Shown: one piece after another, positions 9,453 through 19,128 of the stretch
How positions within the stretch are numbered: the first letter of the stretch is position 1
Layout: every line of letters starts with the position of its first letter
DNA from: Thermoplasmata archaeon
GTDB lineage: Archaea > Thermoplasmatota > Thermoplasmata > Thermoplasmatales > ARK-15
NCBI GenBank assembly: GCA_023261745.1
Contig: JAGDXR010000040.1
Coordinates: 4,682 to 43,969, forward strand
Direction: 5' to 3'
DNA length: 39,288 bases
Position numbers and translations under genes: made by a program
Notes under the pieces: generated by a model
What the model was told of the DNA's origin: nothing
The model's input: only the letters and a program-made list of their open reading frames with translations
The model's database searches: none

Positions 9453-11255
9453 TCACCCTTCAAAAAACTGCCTTATTATTGGATGCATCTCCATGAGCTG
9501 CTCTCTTCCCATTGCTTCATAGAACTGTATCACTATACCTACGGTCAGAAGAAGACCAGTACCAGTAGCATTTCCAACCGTGCCTATAAGGCCTGCAAAT
9601 GCAGCAAGTGCTCCCACAGCTGCACCGCTGAATATTGTTATTGGTGGTATGTATTTTTCAAGTATGCTCTGAATGACCTTGGGCTCCCTCCTGAACCCAG
9701 GAATCTGCATACCGCTCTGTAGTATCTGTTTTGCTACAGATTCGGCATTCATGTTTGTAGTTTCAATCCAGAATTTTGCAAAAAGAATACTCATGCCTAT
9801 CATGAAGAATACATATGCAAGTATTTTTATTATGAACTGAAGCATCGAATGATGGAAGAAGTATAGCTGGTATGATTGAGGTTCCATTATGGGAAGCAAC
9901 CATTCCGATATGCCGTTTATGTTGTTAAGATACCATGCAAGCCCTCCTATAGGAGTATTTGGCTGTATGCCGAGCGCCTGCGCCTGAGACGGAGACGGAT
10001 AAACCCCAAACCATGAATTGTGACCGAGCAGTGGTACCCTCGCAAGTGATGGATTCGTCCAGAATATGAGAGACCACATTGTAATATTTGCCATCAGTGC
10101 ACTTGTTAAAATCACAGGTATGTTTGATGCATACATCAATTTTATTGGATACCTCCCCCTTGCACCCCTCACCCTTTCGTGTGCCAGGGGCAATTCTATT
10201 TTTGTGCTCTCAGTCCATGCAACTATAAGAAATACAAGTATTGTTCCCATCAGGGCAACGAGACCATTTGTACCGAAAAGAACCTGTTCAATCCTTCCAT
10301 TATACAGATCAGATGCGGAGTAGTGTGTCAGTAAATAATATGTTCTGGGTATTGCGCCGCTTGGAGGATTCATTACGGATATTGGTTGTGTTGGCGTTGA
10401 TGGTATCCAGTTGATGGTTCCAGTTATTATCTGCTGTGATACACCTGCAGCTATAAATAAGGATACACCTGAGCCTATGCCCCATTTACTCACAAGTTCG
10501 TCCATTATGAAGAGTATGTATGAACCAAAAAATAACTGCAGAACAATGAATGTGTCTGCCAGGAATGTCCCGTGATTGGGCCATGCATTATCAAGCATGG
10601 TTATGAATCCCGGATCAGGATTCAGATACCCGAATACCTGGGGTATTGCCTCAACAAATATCATTATTATAACAAGGAGCTTCTGTACCCCCTGATATGT
10701 GGCCTTGTCTTCTTCATCGCTGAGATCTAGGTTTATTATCTTTGCACCGACAAAGAGCTGCATTATGATTGATGCAGTGACTATCGGACCAATACCTAGA
10801 TCAACAATAGACCCCTGGGCTCCTGCCATTATGGCCCTGAAAGATGAAAAAACATCTATCATGTTAGATTTGTTAAGGCCATAAATGTATATGTTGGTCA
10901 TCACAAAATATATTACCAGAATCAGTCCTGTCCAGAATAACTTTTCCTTGAACGTAACATGCCTCTTCGGCTTAGCCACAACGGGAAGCCTTTCAGCCAG
11001 AGGCATAAGACCATATAATCTGCTCTTTTTCTCTCCCTTATAAGATAGGGCAAGATAGACCAAATAATATAGTGATCCGATCAATAATAAAAATATTACA
11101 GTTGTCGCCCAGTCGGATGATAAAGCATTGTAGAATCCGTTTAATCCCAGCACCCTGTTCTGTAAATAATCCTCATAAACGTAAATCGTGAATATAAAAA
11201 AGAGAATTATTACGGGTACCCACCTTCTGTCCCTTGGAACCTTTTCTTCAGGCAT
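9453..11255 (-). CDS. secY: Preprotein translocase subunit SecY, unusually long (600 aa) with N-terminal extension
   Basis: The canonical SecY N-terminus LPVVAKPKRHVTFKEKLFWTGLILVIYFVM starts only at about residue 90. It is a multi-TM protein positioned after rpl15. The start overlaps the rpl15 stop by 8 nt. Confidence 0.9.
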   Translation of the reverse strand: MPEEKVPRDRRWVPVIILFFIFTIYVYEDYLQNRVLGLNGFYNALSSDWATTVIFLLLIGSLYYLVYLALSYKGEKKSRLYGLMPLAERLPVVAKPKRHVTFKEKLFWTGLILVIYFVMTNIYIYGLNKSNMIDVFSSFRAIMAGAQGSIVDLGIGPIVTASIIMQLFVGAKIINLDLSDEEDKATYQGVQKLLVIIMIFVEAIPQVFGYLNPDPGFITMLDNAWPNHGTFLADTFIVLQLFFGSYILFIMDELVSKWGIGSGVSLFIAAGVSQQIITGTINWIPSTPTQPISVMNPPSGAIPRTYYLLTHYSASDLYNGRIEQVLFGTNGLVALMGTILVFLIVAWTESTKIELPLAHERVRGARGRYPIKLMYASNIPVILTSALMANITMWSLIFWTNPSLARVPLLGHNSWFGVYPSPSQAQALGIQPNTPIGGLAWYLNNINGISEWLLPIMEPQSYQLYFFHHSMLQFIIKILAYVFFMIGMSILFAKFWIETTNMNAESVAKQILQSGMQIPGFRREPKVIQSILEKYIPPITIFSGAAVGALAAFAGLIGTVGNATGTGLLLTVGIVIQFYEAMGREQLMEMHPIIRQFFEG

Positions 11256-11676
11256 TAAGTTCTACCTCACCACCCGCTTCCTTTAGCTTCTTTATCGCCA
11301 CGCTGCTCGCCCTGTTTACTCTGATTATCATCTTGTGTTTGACTTTTCCTTTGCCTAGAAGTTTTGTTATTTCTGTGGATGTCAGATCAACATACCATGT
11401 ACCGGATTCATTCCTTGCAATTCCAATGTCTGAAAACTTCTGAAGCTGATACTGGAGATCCTCAAGATTTATTGTTTTTTCCTCATGCTTCGGATGATGC
11501 GATGTAAAACCATGTCTTCCCCAATGATATCTGTAATACTTGTTTAGCCATATCCACCTGTGCTTTCCCAAACCTGAAAATCCCTTACCACCTTTCAGGC
11601 CATAACCCCTTCTTCCCTTCATGCCATGGCCATGCCTTCTGTATCCTCTGAACTTCCTTCCTCTGCTGTATGACAT
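11248..11676 (-). CDS. rpl15: 50S ribosomal protein L15 (uL15)
   Basis: MSYSRGRKFRGYRRHGHGMKGRRGYGLKGGKG; operon position. Confidence 0.92.
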   Translation of the reverse strand: MSYSRGRKFRGYRRHGHGMKGRRGYGLKGGKGFSGLGKHRWIWLNKYYRYHWGRHGFTSHHPKHEEKTINLEDLQYQLQKFSDIGIARNESGTWYVDLTSTEITKLLGKGKVKHKMIIRVNRASSVAIKKLKEAGGEVELNA

Positions 11677-11677
11677 A

Positions 11678-12142
11678 TCACATCACCATCATTCTTCTTA
11701 TCAGTTCATTTATCTTTTCTCCCCTATATCCCAGATCACCGTTTTCCCTTACAGATCTCCTTGTGCTTTTATATCCTGATACCGGTGGATTTAATCTGAA
11801 TATGGGTTTTATGCCCGGAAGATCAGAATATGTTATCTTTCCCTCAAGAATCATGTCAGCAAGATCTTCAATTGATTTTACATTTATTTTTTTAAGATAA
11901 TCTTCATCTATTACCTTGTCCCCCATCAGTCTTCCACGCCTTTTTAACAGTTCTATCAGTGTTTCCCTGTTTATTTCACCCCATGTTATGTAATCCTTGC
12001 TTTTATGCAGCATGCCTTTCATGTCATCCGTTTCATTTATGAGAACCATGTGATTTATCCTCGTAAGCCTCATCAATTTAAGTGTTTTCTCTATATCGTA
12101 AGAAATACCTGTCCTGCCTCTAATTCTGATCACCGCGTACAT
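11678..12142 (-). CDS. rpl30: 50S ribosomal protein L30 (uL30)
   Basis: [35 protein letters not shown]; operon position. Confidence 0.92.
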   Translation of the reverse strand: MYAVIRIRGRTGISYDIEKTLKLMRLTRINHMVLINETDDMKGMLHKSKDYITWGEINRETLIELLKRRGRLMGDKVIDEDYLKKINVKSIEDLADMILEGKITYSDLPGIKPIFRLNPPVSGYKSTRRSVRENGDLGYRGEKINELIRRMMVM

Positions 12143-12794
12143 TCTCCTTTACACCTCCCTTGTATATTGCCAGATTTAAGGATATTGTGGGATTGATCTT
12201 TACTATTGCAGTCTGTTTAAGTGCCTCAAATGTTGCTATTGCAAAATTTGTTGTTGTTTTGGTATGTCCTTCAGTAAAACCCCATGCATCCTGAATACCT
12301 GCAAGGCTTAGAACATCCTTTGAGACGTCTCCTACGGCAAGGCCTACACCCCTGGGCGCAGGCTTAAGATAAACCCTTACTGAACCAGATGACCCAACTA
12401 CCTTGAATGGTAATGAATGGGGCCTGTTGCATCCACATTCCCATGAACCACATCCCCTCTTTATTTCAATCAGGTTAAGTTTTGCATTATCTACTGCCTT
12501 TTTTATTACTGGACCTACCTCTTTTCCCTTTGCCATACCTATGCCAACTATTCCATCATGATTTCCAATAACAACCGTAATTGCAAATTTTGTTCTTCTG
12601 CCTGAATCGGTCATCCTCTGAACCATCCTTATATCGAGAACCTTTTCCTCCAGATTCGGTAAAAGTATATCAACTATCTGAGGTTCCTTTATGGGAAGCC
12701 TTGATGCTATTGCTTCAGACATGCTCTTTATTTTTCCCTCTGCTACAAGCTTTCCCAGCTTAGTTTTCGGAATCCAACCTTCAACTTCTGACAT
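12120..12794 (-). CDS. rps5: 30S ribosomal protein S5 (uS5)
   Basis: [11 protein letters not shown]..., [29 protein letters not shown]; operon position. Confidence 0.93.
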   Translation of the reverse strand: MSEVEGWIPKTKLGKLVAEGKIKSMSEAIASRLPIKEPQIVDILLPNLEEKVLDIRMVQRMTDSGRRTKFAITVVIGNHDGIVGIGMAKGKEVGPVIKKAVDNAKLNLIEIKRGCGSWECGCNRPHSLPFKVVGSSGSVRVYLKPAPRGVGLAVGDVSKDVLSLAGIQDAWGFTEGHTKTTTNFAIATFEALKQTAIVKINPTISLNLAIYKGGVKENVRGDQN

Positions 12795-12797
12795 AAA

Positions 12798-13313
12798 TTA
12801 CTCCTCCGTTTTTATAACTTCATCTATCTTTTTCTTGACCTGATCAAAAATGGCTGGATAATCATCTCCAAGATGATTTCCTTTTATTCTCTTTTCATCC
12901 GGAAAAATGCCCTCGCCATGGTTTATCTCAACACCTGCATCTATGAGACCTTTAAGTGAAGCAAAGAGTCTGCCTCCCCTGGATGGAACATGCCTTCCTA
13001 TGTCAAGGACCATCTCGTCCACACCCTTTGATTTTGCCATCTTTCCTGCAAGATAACCCGTAAGATATGCCGCAGGAATGGATTTTGTGGACTTTGTCCA
13101 TCCATATTTCTTGAGATCGAGACTCGATGTGTATATGAATGTTTCATCTCCCTTTTCATTATAATTTATTATCTGGACTATTGTCCTCCTAAGTGTTTTC
13201 CTTACAACGGCCCTGGGTAATCCAGATTTTAACAGAGCCAGCCTCTTCCTGAAATCTGTCAGATTTCTCCTTCTTCTCCTGAATTTCACCCTGTACGTTG
13301 GACTGTCCGCCAT
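12798..13313 (-). CDS. rpl18: 50S ribosomal protein L18 (uL18)
   Basis: YRVKFRRRRRNLTDFRKRLALLKSGLPRAVVRKTLR; operon position. Confidence 0.92.
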   Translation of the reverse strand: MADSPTYRVKFRRRRRNLTDFRKRLALLKSGLPRAVVRKTLRRTIVQIINYNEKGDETFIYTSSLDLKKYGWTKSTKSIPAAYLTGYLAGKMAKSKGVDEMVLDIGRHVPSRGGRLFASLKGLIDAGVEINHGEGIFPDEKRIKGNHLGDDYPAIFDQVKKKIDEVIKTEE

Positions 13314-13754
13314 TTACTTTATCACCTCTTTCATGTGCATGAGAAGGTGGGCCCTGCTCCTGAACATTCCTCCCTTGGCCAACCTGTAATATTTCCTGTA
13401 TGTCCTCTTATCAATCTTTCCCTCTTTCTTTAATTTTCTCAGTTCATTCCTTATTGCCCTGATCGTGGATATCCATCTGTCTTTTCTGGATAACCTGGCA
13501 TGTTTTGTACCTTTCCTTGTACCTGGTCCCTTGCTCCTTCCCTTCATTTTCTGTATTCTCTTCTTTCTCCATCTTGCCCTTGAATTCCCCTTGACGGGGA
13601 GTTTTTTTATCAATCCCTTCTTGATCAGCATCCGGACATCTTCCCTGGTTATTGCATCTGAAACCTCCTCTAGACCTTTTGGATCTATGTATACCCTGGA
13701 TATTCCACATTTGAGGATGTCAGCCGCCATTCTCTTCTGAAAAGATACATCCAT
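13314..13754 (-). CDS. rpl19e: 50S ribosomal protein L19e
   Basis: MDVSFQKRMAADILKCGISRVYIDP..., a basic R/K-rich middle; operon position. Confidence 0.92.
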   Translation of the reverse strand: MDVSFQKRMAADILKCGISRVYIDPKGLEEVSDAITREDVRMLIKKGLIKKLPVKGNSRARWRKKRIQKMKGRSKGPGTRKGTKHARLSRKDRWISTIRAIRNELRKLKKEGKIDKRTYRKYYRLAKGGMFRSRAHLLMHMKEVIK

Positions 13755-13757
13755 ATG

Positions 13758-14153
13758 TCATTCACCCCTGTAATTCAGTATCTTGATACCAAGGGATTTT
13801 GCCCTTTCGTATATTTCCTTCCTCTTCCTTTTGCCCACTGATCCTGCAATCCTTATTGCATCCATTTCAGGATTTATTTCCATGAGCTGCTTTACATTGT
13901 AAACAAGGATATCCCTGTATCCTGATGGATGAAGACCCCTTACCTTCTTTGGACCTCTATAACCTGAATCAACCATCGGTGGCCTGTACTTCTTCCTTTC
14001 CCTCATCTTTGAATGCTTTCCCTTTGGCCTTCTCCATGTCTCTCCAAGCTTTTTGTACCTGAACCATTCCTGCCTGAGAAACGCAGGCCTCTTCCTTGCC
14101 ATTTCAATTTTTAGTTTGAATAATCTGAGCGTTTCCCTGTCCATCTTCCTCAT
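13758..14153 (-). CDS. rpl32e: 50S ribosomal protein L32e
   Basis: RPAFLRQEWFRYKKLGETWRRPKGKHSKMR; operon position. Confidence 0.9.
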   Translation of the reverse strand: MRKMDRETLRLFKLKIEMARKRPAFLRQEWFRYKKLGETWRRPKGKHSKMRERKKYRPPMVDSGYRGPKKVRGLHPSGYRDILVYNVKQLMEINPEMDAIRIAGSVGKRKRKEIYERAKSLGIKILNYRGE

Positions 14154-14695
14154 TCTTCCTCACCTTTGTTTATGATGTAAATACCATCCTGAAATACCCT
14201 TGGATCATAATCCTTGATCCTTGTTGCCCTTTCAATATTTGCTGCGGTCTGACCGACCTCTTCAATATTTGGACCGTGAAGCAATATTATATCATTCTTG
14301 ACCTCAACCTTAACATTACCGTATATCAATGCTTTTCTCGGTCTTTTTTCACCGAGAAAATTTTCTATAACTATTTCCTTGCCCTTTACATTGATTTTCA
14401 TCGGAAAGTGGGCATAAACTACCTTGAGTTTGTATGTGTATTCATTTTCTACACCATTTATCATATTCCTTACATGAGCATTCCATGTACCTGCAATTGC
14501 AGCGTCCCTTTTCTTGGGCAGTTTAACATATATCCTGATAACCTTACCATCAAGTTCCATACTTACATTATCATCCATGAATACCCTGGATATTTCTCCT
14601 TTGGGCCCTTTTATCGTCAATTTACCATTATCGTATTTTGCACTTACCTTTTCGGGAATTTCGATCCTATATTCTATCTCTGGCGCTACCGGCAT
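14150..14695 (-). CDS. rpl6: 50S ribosomal protein L6 (uL6)
   Basis: MPVAPEIEYRIEIPEKVSAKYDNGKLTIKGPKGE. ATG at 14695 is preceded by GAGGTGAT. The ORF-track start at 14716 would overlap rps8. Confidence 0.92.
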   Translation of the reverse strand: MPVAPEIEYRIEIPEKVSAKYDNGKLTIKGPKGEISRVFMDDNVSMELDGKVIRIYVKLPKKRDAAIAGTWNAHVRNMINGVENEYTYKLKVVYAHFPMKINVKGKEIVIENFLGEKRPRKALIYGNVKVEVKNDIILLHGPNIEEVGQTAANIERATRIKDYDPRVFQDGIYIINKGEEE

Positions 14696-14705
14696 AAATA
14701 TCACC

Positions 14706-15095
14706 TCAGTAAACAAAAGCTACAAGCTTTCCTCCAAGCCCTTTCTTCTTGGCCTCGGTATGGGTCATCAGACCTTTGTTTGTAGATATCACTATGATAC
14801 CATAATCCTGAGCAGGCAGATACCTGGATTCAAATTTTTCTATTTCATCCTTTTTAACCGAAAATCTCGGTTTTATGGCTCCACAGTTGTTTATATACGG
14901 TAGGATTTTTATCCTGTAATATCCACCCCTGTTGTTTTCAACATACTCGAATTCCTTAATGTAATTGTGATCCTGCATGATCTTCAGCACCCTTCCAATC
15001 AATTTGCTTGCTGGCCTGACTTCTACATCCATCTTTCCTATCTTTGCTGAATTCCTTATTTTGCTTAATGCATCACTCAATGGATCATTCTGCAT
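14706..15095 (-). CDS. rps8: 30S ribosomal protein S8 (uS8)
   Basis: MQNDPLSDALSKIRNSAKIGKMDVEVRPASKL; GGTGAT upstream; operon position. Confidence 0.93.
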   Translation of the reverse strand: MQNDPLSDALSKIRNSAKIGKMDVEVRPASKLIGRVLKIMQDHNYIKEFEYVENNRGGYYRIKILPYINNCGAIKPRFSVKKDEIEKFESRYLPAQDYGIIVISTNKGLMTHTEAKKKGLGGKLVAFVY

Positions 15096-15106
15096 TCTGT
15101 ATCACC

Positions 15107-15268
15107 TCACGAATATTTTCTGAATCCCAGTTCTGGGGCTATTTCCCTGAAACATTGCCTGCATAAATGCAGACCATACCTTCTTACTATACCCCTTTTC
15201 CTCCCACAACGATCACATCCCTTTTTCCTGCCATACTCTTTCTTTGGCCCCAACTTCGGTTTTGCCAT
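15107..15268 (-). CDS. rps14: 30S ribosomal protein S14 type Z (uS14), 53 aa (not in supplied ORF track)
   Basis: Hand translation: [53 protein letters not shown]. It has a C4 zinc knuckle. The ATG shares 1 nt with the rpl5 TAA. Confidence 0.9.
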   Translation of the reverse strand: MAKPKLGPKKEYGRKKGCDRCGRKRGIVRRYGLHLCRQCFREIAPELGFRKYS

Positions 15269-15795
15269 TATTTCACCTCCAATATCTCCAGATTGAAATT
15301 TTTCCTGAAAAATTCCATTGACTCCTCTTTCGTCACCCTGTGCCTCATGGGTATCTTTGATCTCCTTATTCTCCTGTGCATAACCCTGTATCCACCTTTC
15401 CTCTTAACCCTTACAGATACATCAAATCCAAATATTCCTATTTCGGGATCATATTTTATGTTCTGAAAATTCGTGTAATCCTTAATTCCAAAGTTTAGAT
15501 TCCCAAAATCATCAAATGAATATTCGGGTATCTTGAAATTCTTGACCCACAGGGCCCTTCTCAAAAATTCCTCTGCATCCTTCTTCCTTAATGTAACCAT
15601 GCATCCTATTGACTGCCCTTTCCTGATGCTGAAATCCCTTATTGTTTTCCTTGCCTTTGTTTCTGTTGGTTTTTTACCTGTAAGAAGGTTAAGAACCTTC
15701 TTGGCCTTCTCGAGCCTTTCACCCGCTTCTCCAACACCGATGTTTATTACGACCTTCTCAATAATTATTTCACGCATTGGGTTGTTACTGTTCAC
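15268..15795 (-). CDS. rpl5: 50S ribosomal protein L5 (uL5)
   Basis: [31 protein letters not shown]; operon position. Confidence 0.93.
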   Translation of the reverse strand: MNSNNPMREIIIEKVVINIGVGEAGERLEKAKKVLNLLTGKKPTETKARKTIRDFSIRKGQSIGCMVTLRKKDAEEFLRRALWVKNFKIPEYSFDDFGNLNFGIKDYTNFQNIKYDPEIGIFGFDVSVRVKRKGGYRVMHRRIRRSKIPMRHRVTKEESMEFFRKNFNLEILEVK

Positions 15796-16510
15796 TCATA
15801 TTCACCTCCGGCAATTTTATCAGAGGTTTTACTGTACCAACGGGAAATACAAAATCACTTATCGTCTCAAACCCTTCCTTGAATCTTACAATGTTGGGGG
15901 TGGATGACCTTGTCTTAAGATACTGATCAATCCTTGCAATCCTTCCTACATTCTGCCCACCGGTTATGAAAGCATATGTATTCTCCTCCAGCGGAATATG
16001 CTCGAGTATTTCCCTGTTTTCCAGATTTATTTTCAATGCATCTCCTGTTTTGTATTGCCTTTCATTCATATGAATGTTTTTTCCATCATGAAAATTGTAC
16101 TGGTACTTTTTGTCTTTTACTACCCTTATATTCTCAATCTTGAGAAGTTTCCACGTTGAATCCTCTTTTGGTATTTCCGTTAACATCATTCTGCCCTTTA
16201 TATCATACAGTATTCTGTAATACCTGTTTATCGACGGAATTGAAAGAACATCCATCAGACCAACAGGATATTTATGATCTGTCCTTACAACATTGTCCAC
16301 ATATACGATCCTTGAGTTAAGAACCTTTTTTGCTTCCCACATCGTATCTACCAGATGCAGATAATCCCTGAGGATTATGCCCAGGGGTATGGACTCATCC
16401 GCCGGATGCGGACCGGCTATCGGTTTTACCGCAAATTTATGCTCCTTTCTGGGTATCTGAACCGACTTCGTTAGATTTAACCTCTTCAGATGTTTGCTCA
16501 ACACTCTCAC
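15785..16510 (-). CDS. rps4e: 30S ribosomal protein S4e
   Basis: The N-terminus SKHLKRLNLTKSVQIPRKEHKFAVKPIAGPHP fixes the start to 16501-16510 (GTG/GTG/TTG); operon position. Confidence 0.9.
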   Translation of the reverse strand: MRVLSKHLKRLNLTKSVQIPRKEHKFAVKPIAGPHPADESIPLGIILRDYLHLVDTMWEAKKVLNSRIVYVDNVVRTDHKYPVGLMDVLSIPSINRYYRILYDIKGRMMLTEIPKEDSTWKLLKIENIRVVKDKKYQYNFHDGKNIHMNERQYKTGDALKINLENREILEHIPLEENTYAFITGGQNVGRIARIDQYLKTRSSTPNIVRFKEGFETISDFVFPVGTVKPLIKLPEVNMSEQ

Positions 16511-16883
16511 CTTCCTCTATTTTTATATTCTTCATTTTTGCAATATTTTCCAGTTTTTCCTTCCTTTTTTTGTCTGACATATCAAGCTTTACTATCTCAA
16601 CCTTTGATGGGTGTATCCAGGCAGGAATCTGCTTTTTGTCCGTCTTACTCATGAGGATGCCTTCTATGGATATCCTTAATTTCTGCATGTCCACCTTTGA
16701 AACCTTTCCTTCCATGCCTCTGTAATTTCCCCTCATTACCCTTACAACATCCCCTTTCCTTACTGCCAATGACCTTATACCATATCTCTGCATTATCTGG
16801 TAAGAAACATGCGCATTCAGCAGCCTGTGTCTTACGTGATGTGGAGCATTGTAAAGCTTTTTTCTCATCCTTGACTGACTCAT
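16437..16883 (-). CDS. rpl24: 50S ribosomal protein L24 (uL24) with acidic C-terminal tail
   Basis: KLYNAPHHVRHRLLNAHVS and KOW block RKGDVVRVMRGNYRGMEGKVSKVD. The tail reads 74 nt into rps4e. Confidence 0.9.
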   Translation of the reverse strand: MSQSRMRKKLYNAPHHVRHRLLNAHVSYQIMQRYGIRSLAVRKGDVVRVMRGNYRGMEGKVSKVDMQKLRISIEGILMSKTDKKQIPAWIHPSKVEIVKLDMSDKKRKEKLENIAKMKNIKIEEGESVEQTSEEVKSNEVGSDTQKGA

Positions 16884-16892
16884 ACAATCACC

Positions 16893-17291
16893 TCAAACTA
16901 TTGTGGATGCAATGGCAGCTATCCTTGGCCACCTTTCAGCCGCTTCCCTTGCCACGGGCCCCTTGATCTCAGTTCCCTTTGTTTCTCCATCTTCAGTTAC
17001 AATTACAGCTGCATTGTCCTCGAATTCTACCATTGTTCCATCAGGACGCCTGAACGGCCTCCTCTGCCTTATAATAACGGCACGCATGACCTTTTTCCTT
17101 GTATCGGGTGTACCCCTTTTAACACTCACAACAACCACGTCACCTATACCGGCTGCAGGCTGTCTCCTTTTGGTGCTGTGGTAAGTTAACACGGTTATGA
17201 TTTCAACTATCTTTGCTCCTGTATTGTCTGCACATTCTATTTCTGCCCCCGTCGGCAGACCCCTTGTCTGTCTTCCCGCCAACCCCTTCAT
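16893..17291 (-). CDS. rpl14: 50S ribosomal protein L14 (uL14)
   Basis: [24 protein letters not shown]; operon position. Confidence 0.94.
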   Translation of the reverse strand: MKGLAGRQTRGLPTGAEIECADNTGAKIVEIITVLTYHSTKRRQPAAGIGDVVVVSVKRGTPDTRKKVMRAVIIRQRRPFRRPDGTMVEFEDNAAVIVTEDGETKGTEIKGPVAREAAERWPRIAAIASTIV

Positions 17292-17620
17292 CTCTCTTCA
17301 CCCCCAAGATTTTCAATAACCACAAATGAAACGGTTTTTGCGAGCGGTCTGCATTCCATTATTTTAACCCTGTCACCTTCCTTGACAGATATGCAGTCGG
17401 GAACATGCGCATGATATTTTCTTCTTCTCTTCTCATACCTCTCATACTTCTTATCATAACGAAGATACTCTCTAACAACAACTACCGTTTTTATCATATT
17501 TGCTGAACTTACTGTACCCTCAATAACCTGACCGTGTACCTTCAGATCACCGTGAAATGGACATTTTGGATCATTACATTCTTTTTCGGGTTGCTTTACT
17601 TCAACTCCAATATCTTTCAT
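17288..17620 (-). CDS. rps17: 30S ribosomal protein S17 (uS17)
   Basis: [37 protein letters not shown]; operon position. Confidence 0.93.
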   Translation of the reverse strand: MKDIGVEVKQPEKECNDPKCPFHGDLKVHGQVIEGTVSSANMIKTVVVVREYLRYDKKYERYEKRRRKYHAHVPDCISVKEGDRVKIMECRPLAKTVSFVVIENLGGEER

Positions 17621-17629
17621 TTTAATATT

Positions 17630-17854
17630 TCACCTCCTGTAAACCCTGTCAACCGGCCTTTTCATTATATCCTTACCGTATATGATATTTCCATTAACAA
17701 GCATATTCACGCATATTTTCGGGACATATATTCTCTTCCCGGCACTCTCTATCCTTATCATGTTCTTTGTCTCGTCTATTATCTTACCCTTCAGACCTAC
17801 AATGCTGTTCATGGTCGATTCAACTATCACACAGTCCTTACCAATCAACATCAT
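17630..17854 (-). CDS. rnp1: RNase P protein component 1 (Rpp29/Pop4 family), very short form (74 aa)
   Basis: Sm-like barrel block GLKGKIIDETKNMIRIES...IYVPK. It occupies the conserved archaeal slot between rpl29 and rps17. Confidence 0.75.
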   Translation of the reverse strand: MMLIGKDCVIVESTMNSIVGLKGKIIDETKNMIRIESAGKRIYVPKICVNMLVNGNIIYGKDIMKRPVDRVYRR

Positions 17855-18057
17855 ATCCTGACACCCTTTTCTTTTAACACCGTTTTTATCCTTGCAATCT
17901 GCCTCCTTAAGGATTTTATCTTTCCGGGATTATGTGGAGATCCACCCATGGTACTCATGGCCCTTTCATTAAGAAGCGATGACTGCAATTCCTGAAGTTT
18001 CTTCATGAGATCATTGTTGTTCATTTCCCTGAGCATTTTGGCCTTCAGTTCCTTCAT
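17851..18057 (-). CDS. rpl29: 50S ribosomal protein L29 (uL29)
   Basis: MKELKAKMLREMNNNDLMKKLQELQSSLLNERA. ATG at 18057 lies 7 nt after GGAGGT. The ORF-track TTG at 18072 is unlikely. Confidence 0.9.
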   Translation of the reverse strand: MKELKAKMLREMNNNDLMKKLQELQSSLLNERAMSTMGGSPHNPGKIKSLRRQIARIKTVLKEKGVRI

Positions 18058-18676
18058 TTTTATTACCTCCAATTTTAATATTAGCCGGATTTCCTATTAT
18101 CTTGATCTCATCAGGTAGATTGGAATCAGGTGGAAGTATTCTGACAGTTACACCTATTATTCCTGGTTTTGTTTTGGCAACAGCAAACCCAACCTTTACA
18201 GCATGTTTCGGCTGTCCTGAATATTTTATTTTTCCTGCCGTTATCTTTTCCCTCTTTGCCCTGTCTCCCCCAAGCTTTCCACTTACAATTACCTGCGCTC
18301 CCTTGGCTCCTGCGTCCATTATTCTCTTGAGTGTGGAATGGGATGCTCTCCTGAAATGCCATCCTGATTCTAATGCTAAGGCAAGCTTTTTTGCCATTAT
18401 CTGTGCATTGAGATTTATGTTGCCGGATTCCTTTACCTCTATCTGTGGATTTTCTACCCCGTACCTAGTTATCAGTAATTCTGTCAGTTCCTTTATCTTT
18501 GATCCTTTTGATCCTATGATCAACCCTGGTTTTTCTACATAGAGAACCACCCTTAATCCCATGGGGGTTCTCTGAATATCAATACCCCCAAATCCGGCAT
18601 TTTCTGAATATTTCTTTATCTCTTCCTTTATCAGATACCTTTTAACGCTTTCCTGTACGAATTTTTTCTCATCCAT
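18011..18676 (-). CDS. rps3: 30S ribosomal protein S3 (uS3)
   Basis: KH-domain block IDIQRTPMGLRVVLYVEKPGLIIGSKGSKIKELT; operon position. Confidence 0.93.
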   Translation of the reverse strand: MDEKKFVQESVKRYLIKEEIKKYSENAGFGGIDIQRTPMGLRVVLYVEKPGLIIGSKGSKIKELTELLITRYGVENPQIEVKESGNINLNAQIMAKKLALALESGWHFRRASHSTLKRIMDAGAKGAQVIVSGKLGGDRAKREKITAGKIKYSGQPKHAVKVGFAVAKTKPGIIGVTVRILPPDSNLPDEIKIIGNPANIKIGGNKNEGTEGQNAQGNEQQ

Positions 18677-19122
18677 TATTCTACCTCCTTAACTATAATC
18701 TCAAAATGCACCCTTTCCTTGTAAAATGGTGTTGCTCTGCCATATGCCCTAGGCATGTGCTTTTTGATCGTTTCCCCCTTCTTAACAAGCAGTGAATATA
18801 TGATGAGCCTGTCCGTATCAAGATTCTGGTGTTCAGCATTCGCCTCAACGTTTTTCAGCAGTTCAAGCACATATTTTGATACCTTTACTGGATACCTTCC
18901 TGGACCCATTCCCGGTCTGTGGGATATTGAACCCAGATACCTTCTGTAGGGTATTGCCTTCTCTTTCCTGATAACGGCCTCAAGATATTCTTCCGCTTCC
19001 TTCAGATTCTTTCCCTGCAGGAAATTGCAAACATTGACCGAATCCTTTATTGATACGGGCACATTAATTAACCTGGCCCTCGCAGATTTTTCCGGCAATT
19101 CATTAACTGTATACTTCTTCAT
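18676..19122 (-). CDS. rpl22: 50S ribosomal protein L22 (uL22)
   Basis: ARARLINVPVSIKDSVNVCNFLQGKNLKEAEEYLEAVI; operon position. Confidence 0.92.
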   Translation of the reverse strand: MKKYTVNELPEKSARARLINVPVSIKDSVNVCNFLQGKNLKEAEEYLEAVIRKEKAIPYRRYLGSISHRPGMGPGRYPVKVSKYVLELLKNVEANAEHQNLDTDRLIIYSLLVKKGETIKKHMPRAYGRATPFYKERVHFEIIVKEVE

Positions 19123-19128
19123 ATCACA

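Noticed and set aside
9077-9496. Plus-strand ORFs antisense to core genes (9077-9496, 14276-14785, 14514-14903, 17534-17995, 18102-18542, 15533-15907, 19313-19720, 34326-34715, 37630-38025 and the many 60-100-aa ones)
   Set aside because: All lie opposite strongly supported conserved genes. They have low-complexity Ser/Phe/Leu/Ile-rich translations and no start-site signals. These are the typical shadow ORFs of an A+T-rich genome.
13444-13710. Same-strand alternative-frame ORFs inside ribosomal-protein genes (13444-13710, 16645-16887, 18126-18362, 6840-7070, 8272-8454)
   Set aside because: They are frame-shifted readings of Lys/Arg/Gly-rich genes, have no independent start context, and are fully contained in conserved CDSs.
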